Part shown: positions 21,012 to 33,600 of the stretch, piece after piece | How the letters are laid out: each line of letters begins with the position of its first letter | Position numbering within the stretch: the first letter of the stretch is position 1 | From: an uncultured delta proteobacterium | Lineage (GTDB): Bacteria; Desulfobacterota; RBG-13-43-22 | Assembly: GCA_963843145.1 (NCBI GenBank) | Contig: CAWJJC010000003.1 | Span: forward strand, 1-64,000 | DNA length: 64,000 nucleotides | Reading direction: 5' to 3' | Program-made: the position numbers and the translations under genes | The notes under the pieces: generated by a model | Database searches by the model: none | What the model saw: only the letters and a program-made list of their open reading frames with translations | What the model was told of the DNA's origin: nothing

Positions 21012-21830
21012 ATGGCAGAGAAGAAGATTAGTACTTCGAAGGGCGGTTTTGTCGGGAAAAGGGTCTACGGCTGGGTGCCGGATATTCCGGATCAGCGGGA
21101 TTATCTCTTGAGCGCGGTGCTCAAGGTGCCGGCCAGGCTTCCGGCGAAGGTGGATTTGCGGCCGCTCTGCTCCAAGGTAGAGGACCAGGGGCAGCTCGGG
21201 AGCTGCACGGCCAATGCCCTGGCGGGAGCCCTTGAGTTCCTGGAACGCAAAGACAAGGTCCCTTATCTGGATTTCAGCCGGCTCTTTATTTACTACAACG
21301 AACGGGTCCTGGAACACAGCGTAAACTCCGATTCAGGGGCCATGATCCGGGATGGAATCAAGACCCTGGCCAAACAGGGGGCCTGCTCCGAGAAGAGCTG
21401 GCCCTACGTGGTGTCCAAGTTCAAAACCAAACCGGCAGCGGCCTGCTACCAGGAGGCCCTGGAGCATCAAATCACCTCCTATCGCCGTATTCTGACCCTG
21501 GACCAGATGCGGACCTGTCTGGCCGAGGGGTTCCCTTTTGTCTTCGGCTTTGCCGTCTATGAGAGCTTTGAATCCCAGGAAGTGGCCCGGACCGGTATCG
21601 TGCCCCTGCCCAAAGCGAAAGAGCAGTGCCTCGGCGGGCACGCCGTTCTCGGCGTGGGCTACGATGATTCTAAAGAGCGCTTTATCGTCCGCAATTCCTG
21701 GGGAACCGCTTGGGGGATGAAGGGCTATTTTACCATGCCTTACAAGTATTTAAGCAACCGGAACCTTTCCGATGACTTCTGGACCATCCGCCGGGGGGAG
21801 TTGATGGTGCCGAGGAAGAAGAGAAGATAA
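21012..21830 (+). CDS. Papain-like C1A cysteine peptidase, copy 2
   Basis: Nearly identical to 963-1859; Q/C/H/N motifs intact. Confidence 0.93.
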   Translation: MAEKKISTSKGGFVGKRVYGWVPDIPDQRDYLLSAVLKVPARLPAKVDLRPLCSKVEDQGQLGSCTANALAGALEFLERKDKVPYLDFSRLFIYYNERVLEHSVNSDSGAMIRDGIKTLAKQGACSEKSWPYVVSKFKTKPAAACYQEALEHQITSYRRILTLDQMRTCLAEGFPFVFGFAVYESFESQEVARTGIVPLPKAKEQCLGGHAVLGVGYDDSKERFIVRNSWGTAWGMKGYFTMPYKYLSNRNLSDDFWTIRRGELMVPRKKRR

Positions 21831-22097
21831 TTTTTTTTGCCACAGACAAGACAGACAGGGGGAGAAGGGAGAAGACAGAGGAGAGAGAGAGAAGCGAGCG
21901 AAAGAGGGAAGAGGGGAGAGGGAAGCAACTGCGCTGCACCCAACACCCTTAAGATCAGTAGTGCCAAGAATAAGTGCCCTAAGTATATGACGGTTAGGAT
22001 GGCGGCAAGTCGCCGCCATCTTATCTGTCTTGTCGGTGGCAAAGAAGGTTTTGAGGTAATAGAAACGGCTTAAGAAGAAATCTTGAGAGGAGGGGAT

Positions 22098-23140
22098 ATG
22101 GCAGCAATTGAAAAGACTAAGAGCAATCTTTAAAAGGGCAGGCCAGAAAATGGCTGGTGACCGGGGTAGCCGGGTTTATCGGGTCGGCTCTGTTGGAGGA
22201 ATTGCTGAAATTGGGACAGGAAGTAGTCGGCCTGGATAATTTTTTCACCGGAAAGCAGGAAAACCTGGAGGATGTGCGCCGAACGGTGACCCCGGAACAG
22301 TGGGGTCGGTTCCGCTTCCACGAAGCGGACATCCGGGACCTCGAATCCTGCCGGCGTCTCTGTACGGGTATCGATTTCGTGTTGCACCAAGCCGCCTTGG
22401 GCAGCGTTCCCCGCTCGCTCGATGATCCGATCACTACCAACCAGGCCAATGTCGATGGGTTTATCTACATGCTTCTGGCCGCCCGCGACCAGGGGGTGAA
22501 GCGGTTCGTCTACGCCGCCTCTTCGTCCACCTACGGGGATGAGCCCACGCTGCCCAAGGTGGAGGACAAGATCGGCCGCCCCCTGTCCCCCTATGCCGTC
22601 ACCAAATACGTCAATGAACTCTATGCCGATGTTTTTTCCCGGGCTTACGGGATGGAGACCATCGGCCTGCGCTATTTTAATGTCTTCGGCCGGCGCCAGG
22701 ACCCCCAGGGGGCCTATGCCGCGGTCATCCCCCGGTGGATTGAAACCTTTCTACGCCTGGAGCGGCCCGTTATCAACGGGGACGGGTCGACCAGCCGGGA
22801 TTTCTGCTACGTGGACAATGCCGTCCAGGCCAATCTGCTGGCGGCCCTGGCGGAAGGGAAGGAGGCCTTAAACACAGTTTACAACGTGGCCTGCGGGCAA
22901 CGAACCAGCCTGAATGACCTCTGGCGGATTATTCGCGGCCACTTGGCCGAAAACAACCCGGCGATCGGCCGGATTGAACCGGTCTACGGGCCCTTTCGAC
23001 AGGGAGACGTGCTTCATTCCCTGGCGGACATCAATAAAGCCAAGTCCCTGCTGGGGTATAATCCGATTTTTAATAGCGAAGAGGGGCTTAAAGAAACGGT
23101 GACCTGGTTTTTAAACAACCAGCCAAGCGGGGGATATTAA
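22098..23140 (+). CDS. NAD-dependent UDP-sugar 4-epimerase (WbpP/TviC-like), frameshift near 22120
   Basis: [39 protein letters not shown]; RBS GGAGG before ATG 22098. Confidence 0.9.
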
Positions 23141-23248
23141 ATAGTCATAAGGGATTAGGCCGGGAAGCGCCGCGCGGCGAATGGCGTTTTCCTAGGGCGG
23201 AGGGATATCCCCCCCCCGCACCGGAAGACAATCGTTAGATTTAGATAG

Positions 23249-24018
23249 TTATTTCAGACCCTTCCGTCTGGTAAAACCGGCAACTCCGATCAATCCGATA
23301 CCCAGAAGAAGCATGGTTGTCGGTTCCGGGACCGGATTGGTCCCTTGGGCCAGCACTACGTCGTTGGCGCAGTTGATGGTAAACCCGAACTGAAAATCCC
23401 CTGGGCCGATGTATAGGCCACCGCCGGCAAGCTCGGGAAAAATCAAAGTAGGTAGATTGTCCCCGTAGCCGAGTAGTGCCAGCCACGAAGTTAAAAAGGA
23501 CATTCGTATCGGTCCCATCCCGCTATTAATAGCCACAGGATGATCATTCCGAACAGTACCCGGCTCACCCGGCCAGGCTAATTGGACAATAAATAATTTA
23601 TCTTTATCCGATGATGGAAAGATTGTTTAATGAGTAAAGACCTACATCGCTTCCCGGAGTTGTAATCCTCATAGGATTTAACCGCATAGTCCCAGCCGTC
23701 TGTCATTTCCTAAGTCAGGAACAAATCGCCCGGGTTTTACAATTGTTATACAACGAGTAAAGCTGATCTTTATCGGTCAACACACCGCCGTCATAGTTAA
23801 AGGTAATCTTGGTCAAAAGGCCAGTGGTGTCATTGATGTTATAGGATCCACCGTAAAACTGTGGATATCCAATGGTGTCACTTGAATCCTGATGGAGAAA
23901 CACGTTGCCAACCCGGCCCAATGAATTACTGCGTTGGTCCAACATCGTGAAAAGTGAACCACTCCAAAGCCGAGGATGACAAAACAAAAATAAAAAATAG
24001 TGTGAGTATTTTTTTCAT
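23249..24018 (-). pseudogene. PEP-CTERM protein with multiple frameshifts
   Basis: MKKILTLFFIFVLSSSA start with RBS; C-terminal PVPEPTTMLLLGIGLIGVAGFTRRK. Confidence 0.85.
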
Positions 24019-24138
24019 GTTATATCTCCTTAATAGCGGATAACCTGTCGGGATAATAAAGTTAACTTTTTCCAGACGATAATAAAATGTTACAACTTAA
24101 CCTTAGAGATTTAGCATCTATATACAAATCAAGTACTA

Positions 24139-25714
24139 TTAACAATCCCTCGAAAGTGGGGATTTTAGCCTTAATCTAAGGGTTTTAGGTAAAAGTGGCA
24201 GATACAGCCTATTTGGATCGACGATCAATACACGTTCACTACTTGCAGGGGTATTCATCGCCCCGAGAGAGGTAACGGTGATGGTTTTGGTATAGTTCCC
24301 GGGGAGCAAGCCGGCGCTATCAACCGCTATCGTCAAGGTATCATTGCCCGTGCCGCTCCCCGGGTTTGCGGACAACCACGGCTGGCACTCCGGCTTCGCG
24401 AGGCCGTCCAGTCCAGGGTGCCCATCCCCGCCGTTGGAGAGGCGATTGTTTTACTCGCCCGGTTTGATTCCCCTGGGTCGTGGCAAAGGATAAATGCAAC
24501 CGGATTTAAGTACAAGGGCGGGGAAATTGGCCTGAAAAATCATTACCCGGTTATTGCTGTCGTCCGCCACCAGTAACAGGTTGTTTCTCATAATCGATGG
24601 CTAATCCGCCTCCCGCATGAATCCAAATCCAGCCGATTTTGAGCGGTGCCCGGGTTGGAGCTGGTAAAATCACGCTGACCGAGGACAAAGTCCGCAGGGC
24701 CCCGTTGGGCTTGTTGGCACCATTCGTAAAAATCAAGTACCCGGTTTGCCCCCAAACCTTCACTGACGTACAATCCCCCACTCGGGTCAACCGCGACTCT
24801 ACCCGGAAGAACCATGCCGTTTTGAGTAAGTGAAGGAGTATTGGTAATAAAATTGGGTTGTCCCAGGACCCCGTCGGCATCGGCCCCGTGGATTTTTTCC
24901 GGGGGCGTTGTCAAACGCAAAACTCGTCGGTTATTCTTTCGGCAACATACAAGGTCGTATCCTGCAGGGCTACACCGCTAGGGTTGTCCATCCCATTTTG
25001 GGTCACGGCGTTTCCACTGGATGTAAAGTCGGATTGCCCCAGGACTCCGTCGGCATTGGCGCCATTTGCCTTTAGCGGGGGCATTATCGAAGCGTAAAAC
25101 CCGATGATTGCCTGTGCCACCGCAGTCGGGGGATTACCGTCCGTACAAATAGAGTGTTATTCGAGGATACGGCTATTCCATAAGGCTCACATAACCCATT
25201 TTGTGAGACGACACAGCCCTTGCTGACGAAATCAGGCTGACCCAGGACCCCGTCGGCGTTCGGCTTGGTTGGCCCCGATGGAGTAAGCCTGATTGAACCA
25301 GACCACGCGATTGTTGCCAAGGTCAGAAACCCATAAGCGTCCGGTGTTGATCAACGGCTATTCCCTCGGGTCCATCAAAGGTATTCTGCGAGTGCCTATT
25401 CCACTGGAAATGGTATCAGGTTGCCCGAAAACCAGTTCTGCAGTCGGCTGATTTCCGGATACCGGGTAGGTAAAACGAAGTACCCGGTTATTATGCCCAT
25501 CCACCACATATAATTTGCCGTGGGCTGCATCGACGGCCACGTCTTTAGGGTTAAGGAGGGTCGTGGCGGAAGTGCCCGAAGCGCTGCTGGTAAAATCGGG
25601 TTGGCCGATCACCAGCAAGGCATTTTGCCCGTTGGTCCATTGGGCCTGGCCGGGGGAGGTAAGGAGGCCTACCGAAGTAATAAGCACGAAGAGCGAAAGA
25701 AAAAGTTTTTTCAT
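24139..25714 (-). pseudogene. Secreted NHL-repeat beta-propeller protein with BACON-like domain, fragmented
   Basis: Signal peptide; repeated ADGVLGQPDF and NNRVLRF units across several frames; C-terminal PGSGTGNDTLTI...LYLPLL. Confidence 0.8.
24143..24166 (-). promoter_or_regulatory. Shared palindromic upstream box (also 18824-18847, 25800-25823, 27540-27563)
   Basis: Approximate consensus AAAATCCCCACTTTYGAGGGATTG, same orientation, about 80-125 bp before four start codons. Confidence 0.6.
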
Positions 25715-26113
25715 GTAAGCCACTCCTAAATATTTATATTTGAACGGAGACATGAAATATTAGCCTGTTCTTAATGTTAGAAGCCAAATAGTTCAAAAAC
25801 AATCCCCCGAAAGTGGGGTTTTTCATAGAGTGTAGTGTTTGTTGTGCCGGATGTGGTAACAAATTAGGATGAGATGGCCTCTCTATTTTGGCTAGCCTCT
25901 CCCCTCAATAGTTCCCCCAATTCTCATTTCCAACTAAGGGCGTCAATCTCTCTTTTTTATTTAATTTTATATAGTTACAAGCGATTGCTTCGTTGCTTTA
26001 TTCCTCGCAATGACAGCTTGGTACAAATCTAATTTTACAATTTAGAATAAAATCACAGTTAAGTAGAAAAGTCAATCAATAACAATAACAATAAATTATA
26101 AACTTATTTCTTT

Positions 26114-26281
26114 CACCTGGCCGAAAACAACGTGGCGATCGACTGGATCGAATCAGTCTGCGGCCCCTTTCGCCAGGAGTATGTGCTCCATTCCCTGGCG
26201 GACAACGGTAAGTCCAAATACTCTCTGGGTATGATCTGATTATTAATTAATAGGAAGTAAGTACGGGTTTAAAGAAACGGT
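26114..26281 (+). pseudogene. Degenerate duplicate of the epimerase 3' end
   Basis: Matches 22940-23100 (TGGCCGAAAACAAC, CCCTTTCG, CATTCCCTGGCGGACA, AAAGAAACGGT). Confidence 0.85.
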
Positions 26282-26322
26282 AAGAAAGACGCCCTCACTT
26301 TGCTGTAAAGCCAGATTCATCA

Positions 26323-26505
26323 ATGGGTTTAGTTCGTATCCTCCACGACGGATACAGATCAATGGGCGGACTTGTGGAGAGTGAATTCATCGACGAAGCC
26401 CAGAAACTTAGTGGGGAGGTGGTCAAAGAGCTATTTTCCCTTTTTGATAGGGAGACCTGGATTCCGGAAGTTTTCCAGTCGGAAATCTCGAAGGTCCGGG
26501 CGTGA
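26323..26505 (+). pseudogene. ExeA-like AAA ATPase fragment
   Basis: Walker B-like FIDEAQKLSGEVVKEL. Confidence 0.5.
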
Positions 26506-27266
26506 AAAGAATTATGCGGGGGAGGGTTTCCAGAGAGGGACCTTCGCGCCGGGCATTAGCACTACCTGTTTTCCGGCACGGGCTGATCGGGTTAGCTGGT
26601 TTGGCGGTGGGGGTTTTCCTCTATTGGGCGGGTCCCGATCTGGCAAACCGGATGATCCCGGCGGAAGGTCCCGGGGAAATAAAAAAATCATCCGATCAAA
26701 GGGAACCTTCGATCGATTTGGGTCCTTCCCCCAGAGTTGCGCCGACAGATAAACAGGAGGGCCCGACGGCTGCACCGGACACCGATAAGAACGCGACCCA
26801 AACGGGATCCCAGGAAGGGAGTGGCCCCAAGTCCGGGGAGACGATACTCCAGACGATAAAGGTAGCCAAAGGGCAGACCCTGTCTAAACTGGCCATTCAG
26901 TATTACGGCAAATCCAATGAATCCCTGGTCGATTTGATCTTGACCCACAATCCTTCGATTACCGACGCCGACCTCATTCTCGTCGACCAGGAAATCCGCC
27001 TCCCGCAACTGAAGGAAGAGGCTCTGCTTTTCCCGGCGTCGGACCATACGTTCAGCCTACATTTAGGGACCTTTCCCAGCCTAAAAAAAGCCTCCCAATT
27101 CAGAAACGGTCTCGCTCTGCCCGGAAAAAGAATAGCCGTCCAACCTAGAGAATTTTCCCCCCGAAAACGCTGGTACCGTGTGGAAGTCGTACCGTACCAA
27201 ACAGACAAAGAAGCATTGGCGGCCATCAGAATGCTCCGAGAAAAGGGACTTCTACCTTTCTTTTAG
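26502..27266 (+). CDS. Membrane-anchored LysM + SPOR domain protein
   Basis: TM helix; VAKGQTLSKLAIQYYG...NPSITDADLILVDQEIRLP; FSLHLGTF...WYRVEV. Confidence 0.75.
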   Translation: MKRIMRGRVSREGPSRRALALPVFRHGLIGLAGLAVGVFLYWAGPDLANRMIPAEGPGEIKKSSDQREPSIDLGPSPRVAPTDKQEGPTAAPDTDKNATQTGSQEGSGPKSGETILQTIKVAKGQTLSKLAIQYYGKSNESLVDLILTHNPSITDADLILVDQEIRLPQLKEEALLFPASDHTFSLHLGTFPSLKKASQFRNGLALPGKRIAVQPREFSPRKRWYRVEVVPYQTDKEALAAIRMLREKGLLPFF

Positions 27267-27643
27267 CCTGAAACCCCAGATTACTTGTCAGAGCTTACAA
27301 CTTTAAAAAGGCGGGGAAGACATCCTCTAGTAAACCTGCCCGGGGGGGAAGCCGCCATTCAATACTTTTGATTGTTTCGCAAGAAGTCCTCTGGGTTGTC
27401 CTTGCGAGGAGTCATGCCTTAGGCGAGACGACGAAGCAATCCCCCCTTTGGTTTGCAATGCTCCCCAAGTTCAATCAGGGGATTGCTTCGCCTCCCTCGC
27501 AATGACAGGATGGCGTGGCTTTATCCTCGTACTAAAACCAAAATCCCTACTTTTGAGGGATTGATTTTCCATCTTTCACGCGGTAACATCCCACAAAAAA
27601 ATACCTTCTGCAGTACGGATTTAGAAGATGAAGGGTGGACCGC

Positions 27644-30600
27644 ATGGTTCGTTCATGGCTGTTTCGCTTCGTTTGTCTGGCTATCTTCTTCAATTCATGT
27701 TTCTTCACGCCGATTACCTGGGGCCAGGACGATCCGACCCTCGCTGTCCTGGGTAAGATTTCCACCGATAGAATCATCGATCAACTGGCCCTTTCCCCGG
27801 GCACCGGCCTGGCTTACGGAATCTCCAAGATAGGCAGACTCCTGTATGTGCTGGACCTGGAGTCCTCCCGGGTCAGAAAAAAAGTCGGCCTTCCTCAAAG
27901 ACCTACCGGGTTGGCGGTCAACCCCCAAAATAATCAGGCCTATGTCATTGCCCGGGGGCCGTTCCCCGGCGATTCGCTGTTTGTCTTGAACGCCGACGGG
28001 GAAATCCTCAGCAGGCGGTCGATGCCCAAAAACCCCCAGGGGATCGCCATAAACCCCGAGAAGGGGATAGCCGTCGTGGCCTCGGCGGATGAAAATAAGC
28101 TCCTTCTACTATCAACGGAGACCCTGGAAAAGATCAAGGAAATACCCCTGGCCTACCGGCCGAAGCGTATCGCCCTCGATCCCGGGTCCGATCGAGCGGT
28201 GGTTTCCGCCAAAGAACACTGGGGGTCGATCGAAGCCAACCTGCTTTTGATTGTTGACTTGAACACCGGGGCCCTGCTCCGGGAAATGAAATTTGAGGAA
28301 GGGATCCTGGGGCTGGCCGCAGCGAAGGATATGGATCGGGCCGTGGTCGTGGGCCGGGAGGCCATCCATTTGATTGATATCCAGTTGGGAACCCTGGTTT
28401 CCACCATCCGGCCATTGATTTCACTTACCGGCGAAGTGAAAACCGGAGCGGGAGGCGCAGAGGGGGAAGACTACGTGGGCGTGGATATCAACCCGGCTAC
28501 CCAGACGGCGGTGGTTATCGGGGAAGGGGGCTTTGTCCTGATAGACCTCTCCACTCTCCTGGCCCGGGACTATCCCCTGAACAATGACCCGGTGATGAAG
28601 GCGGTGGCCTTGGACCGTTTCAGGAATACCTTCCTGGGGTCCTATTGGATATCGCCAGCTCCGCTGGTGCTGGAAAGAGGCGTGCTGGAAGTCCAGTTGC
28701 CCAATCCGGCGCCCGAGATAACCTCCCTGACGCCCGCGGAGGCCGCTCGCGGGGAAGACGGGCGAACCATCACCCTGGAGGGGAAAGGATTCATTAAAGC
28801 CTCGGAAGGGTACTTCAGCGACCGGCCCCTGGCCACCACCCTCTTGGACAACTGCCATCTGGAGTTGCTCATTCCCAAAGAACTGTTTTCCCAGGGGGGC
28901 CTCTTCCCCCTGAAGGTTTTCAATCCCGAGCCGCAAGGGGGGCCATCCAACAGCAAAGATTTCGCGGTCAAAAACCCTCCGCCCCTACTCACGGCCCTGA
29001 ATCCGGCAACGGTCTTGGCCGGGACTCAAGATTTCTTGCTTGAGGTCTATGGCTCGGGATTTATCGCCGAGACCCTTTTGACCGTCGGGGGACAGGCCAA
29101 AGCCTATACCCTGATGAACGGCACGCGTCTCCACGTCGGCCTGACTGCGGGCGACTTGGAAACGGCCGGAGATCCGGCAGTGGCGGTTATTAATCCCGGA
29201 CCGGGAGGCGGGCCGTCGAACACGATTTCCCTTTCCATTTTGAATCCGCTCCCGCTGCTGGCCTCGATTAACCCGCAGGCCGTAAAGGCCGGAGGGCCTG
29301 AATTCACTTTAACCCTGATCGGCACCAACTTCACCCGGGCGTCGACGGTCCTCTTCGGCCAGACGCCGGTCCCGGTAATTTTTCTGGACAGCGGGCGACT
29401 GGAAGTCGTGATCCCGGCGGAGGCCGTCAAGGATCCCGGGACCTATTCGGTAACGGTAGGCAACCCGGCACCGGGCGGCGGCCGGTCGGAGGCGCAGGAT
29501 TTTTCGGTGACGGCGGTCTCCAGCGTGGCCCCCCTGCCAGGCGGGTCCTACGGAAAGCCCTATGAAGATCTCTTTCCCCCGGATGCCACCATTCCCAGCT
29601 ATGACCCGAAACGGTTTTCGCTGATTACCGGACTGGTGCATGATGTTAATGGGATTCCCTTTTCCGGGGTGACCGTATCCGTCTTGGGACACCCCGAATA
29701 CGGGACCGCCTCAACCGACACCGGGGGAAGGTTTTCCCTGCCGCTGGATGGAGGTGCCACCTTCACGATTGCTTATCAGAAGACCGGCTTCCTGACGGCG
29801 TACCGCCCGATCGAGGCGGATTGGAACACTATCGCTACAGCGGAGACGCTGGTCATGATCGCTGAAGATTCGGCGGCGACCGCCATAACCTTTGACGGCA
29901 ATGCCGCTACGATACACAGGCATACCAGCTCCCTGATCTCCGATGCCTTCGGCAGCCGGTCCCTGACTATGGTTTTCTCCGGAGATAACCGGGCCTGGGT
30001 GAAGGACGCGCAGGGCAACGACCAGGCCCTGACGCAGATCACCGTTCGGGCTACGGAGTTCACCACTCCGGAGTCCATGCCGGCTAAGCTCCCGCCCACC
30101 TCGGCCTTTACCTATTGCGCCGAGCTTTCCGTGGACGGGGCTAAAAACGTGCGTTTTGAAAAACCCGTGGTGGTCTGGGTGGACAACTTCCTCGGCTTCA
30201 ATGTGGGGGAGGTGGTGCCGGTCGGATTCTACGACCGGGATCGGGCGGTGTGGGTGCCGTCCAATAATGGGGTGGTTGTGCGGATTTTGGATACGAATGG
30301 GGACGGGATCGTTGATGCCTACACGGACGGTCAAAACCAATATTCGGTAGAGGGCTTAAACGACCGGGATCGTTTTGTCCCCGGCAGCACCTTCTGGCGT
30401 TTGGAGATCAACCACTTTACACCCTGGGATTGTAATTGGCCCTACGGGCCGCCCGCGGGGGCCATTGGCCCCAATCCGCCTAGTCCGCCAGTCACCGCCA
30501 TCAAAGGGATGGATTGTGAGCTGACGCACCTCAGTTCTTATGTGGAGAACCAAGAGTGCACTTTTCATGAAGATCTTCCGCTTCCTGGCACGGATCTGTT

Positions 30601-33600
30601 CCTCCATTACGCCAGCAATCGGACGCCGGGCTTCAAGCCCCGGGTCACCATCCCGGCGAGCGGTTCCAGCGTGCCGGCCAGTCTGCTGGGGATTATCGTC
30701 AAAATGGAGGTGGCCGGGCGGGTTTATGAAGTTACCCTCCCGCCTCAACCCAACCAGCAGGCGGAATTTATCTGGGATGGCCGGGATTACCTGGGCCGGG
30801 AAGTGGTCGGCTCAGCCCGGGCGCGGGTCCGCATTGGATTTGAATATCCGCCGGTCTACTATTCCGGCTCCAGTATTTCCGCGCAGGCTTTCGCCCAGCC
30901 CGGGACCGAGGCCACCTGGGTCCAGGCCCGGGAGACGATCATCGCTTGGAAGGAAAGTACGTTAACCCTCTACCGGGGGAAAGGTGATTTGGCCGAGGGC
31001 TGGACCCTATCGGCACACCATCTCCTGAATCCGAGCGATCCGAATACCTTACACCAAGGGGATGGCGCCACGCTGCGGAACAATATCCGGACCATCACCA
31101 CCGCGGCTTTCGCCGCCCCGGGGGTGGATGGCTTCAGTTATTTCCGAGGGGTCGTCGTGGATCGAGCCGGGAATGTCTATTCCGCCGATAGATACAACTA
31201 TCGCTATATGAAGGTGGATCCCAGCGGGCTGATTACTTATTACTCGACGCTGAATACCAATATCGGCCCGGTAAGACCTTCCGGACTGGCTTTGGACGGG
31301 GCCGGCAATTTTTATTTTACCAACCCGGATGCGTATTTCGGGGGCTTTGTCGGGAAAATAGATCCGATGGGCCATTTTGCGATCATCGCCGGAAATAGGC
31401 AACAGGGGTACAGCGGCGACGGCGGGCCGGCTACCGAAGCCCGGTTGAACTATCCGGAAGACCTGGCGCTGGACGCCTATGGGAATGTCTATATTACGGA
31501 CACCTGGAATAACCGGATCAGAAAAGTGGATCCGAATGGGATCATAACCACCATCGCCGGCAATGGGCAAATGGGGTACAGCGGCGACGGGGGACCGGCT
31601 ATCCAGGCCGAGTTGGGATTTCCCAGCAGTCTAACGGTGGACTCCCAGGGGAATATTTATTTTACCGATACCTACAACGGCCGGGTCAGAAAAGTGGATC
31701 CCGGTGGGATGATCACCACCATAGCGGGCAACGGCCAACCGGGGTTCAGCGGCGATGGCGGTCCGGCCACCCAGGCCAGTCTAGCTAACCCCGAAGGCCT
31801 GGCGGTAGACCGGACCGGGAATCTTTATGTGGTCGATGCCTACAATTACCGGATACGGATGGTGGATACGGCTGGAATTATCACCACTATTGCCGGTAAT
31901 GGCGAACGGGAAAATAATAATGGGGACGGGGGGCCGGCCACGCAAGCCACAGTCCATGATCCCGAGGGCCTGGCGGTGGATGGCGCCGGAAATATCTATG
32001 TGACCATTTCGGCTTATGGAAAGATCAAGAAGATCTCCTGGCCCGGAGCGTTTCAATCCCAGGGATTTGCCGGAGATACTGTTTTTACCGATGATAACGC
32101 CCAAGGGTATATTTTAGATAGCACCGGGACCCATCGGACGACCTATGATTTGGCCACTGGAAAGACTTTAATCGCCTTTGGCTATGATCAGGACAACAAA
32201 CTGATTTCCATCACCGACCGGTTCAGTAATCAAACGGTCATTCAAAGGGATGGAAGCGGAGTTCCTCTTTCCATCACCTCGCCGGACGGGCAGGTTACCC
32301 GATTAACGGTGGATGGGAGGAATCATCTCACGGCTGTTGCCTATCCGGACAATGCGGTCTACACCTTCGCGTATACTCCCGAAGGATTGCTGACCGAGAA
32401 AGTGGATTCCCGGGGTAATCGCTACGGACATGGATACGATGCCTCCGGCCTGATCACCCAGGTTTTTGACCCGGAAGGAGGGAATTGGAGCTTTTCCCGA
32501 ACGATGGATAACGCCGGTACCGTTTCCATTGCCATCCAAACCGCCGAAGGAAACGCCGCCACCTATGAGGATCGGACCGACTTTGGCGGCAATTATACCT
32601 CGCAGAAAACGGATCCCTCGGGCTCGGTTTCCTCCTTTTTCCGTTCATACGACGGTCTCAGCGAAACGGAACAATCCTCCTGCGGCCTGGGCCTAACGAT
32701 GAAATACGACATTGATTCGATCTTTCGCTACCGCTACCTTAAAGAATTTAGCCAACGCTCACCGGCAGGGCTCACGCGGGTCGCGACGGATGCGAAAACC
32801 TATGAGGATACCAATAGAGATACCCTTCCGGATCGCATCACGAAAACACTGAGCCTGAATGGAAAAACCTGGATCTCAACCCATAATACCCTCTCCGGTA
32901 CCTTGACTTCCACTTCTCCGCTGGGGCGGACCGCCACTCGGACCTATAACCCGGCGAATCTCCTGACCCAGAACATCTCGGTAGCCGGACTCCTTCCCCT
33001 GAGCTATGCGTACGATGAGCGGGGGAGAATAACCGGCAGCACGTGGGGGAGCAGGACCTCGACGATTGCCTATGATGAGCAAGGGAATATCGAGAGTCTG
33101 GTAACCCCGGATCAAAAGACCTATCATTTTATCTACGACCCCGTGGGCCGGCCTCAGGCCCAGGTCTTTCCCGATAACACCCTCCTCCTTTACCACTATG
33201 ATCTAAACGGTAATCTGGACCTCTTAACCAATCCCAATAACTTGGGCTACGGCTTCGATTACACCAAGGTCAATCTGCGAAAAAGCATGTCCCTGCCCGT
33301 TTCGGGAAGCTATCTATATAGCTATGACAAAGATCGGAACCTGAAGTCCATTGTCTTCCCTTCAAATAAAGAAATCACCAATACTTACACTTCAGGTCGG
33401 TTATCCAAGGTGACCACCCCGGAAGGGGAGATAACCTATAGTTACCTCTGCGGTCCCTTGCTTGCCGCGGCGGAAAAGGGTCCGGAAAAGATCGACTATG
33501 GCTACGATGGGTCCTTGCTGAAAACCGATAGCCGTACCGGCCTGCTTAACCAGACCATCTCCTATACCTATGACAACGACTTTCGGTTGGTTTCGATGAC

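Noticed and set aside
24143-24166. c-di-GMP-I riboswitch (GAAA-capped stem)
   Set aside because: The GAAA loop is on the non-coding strand and the second stem is absent
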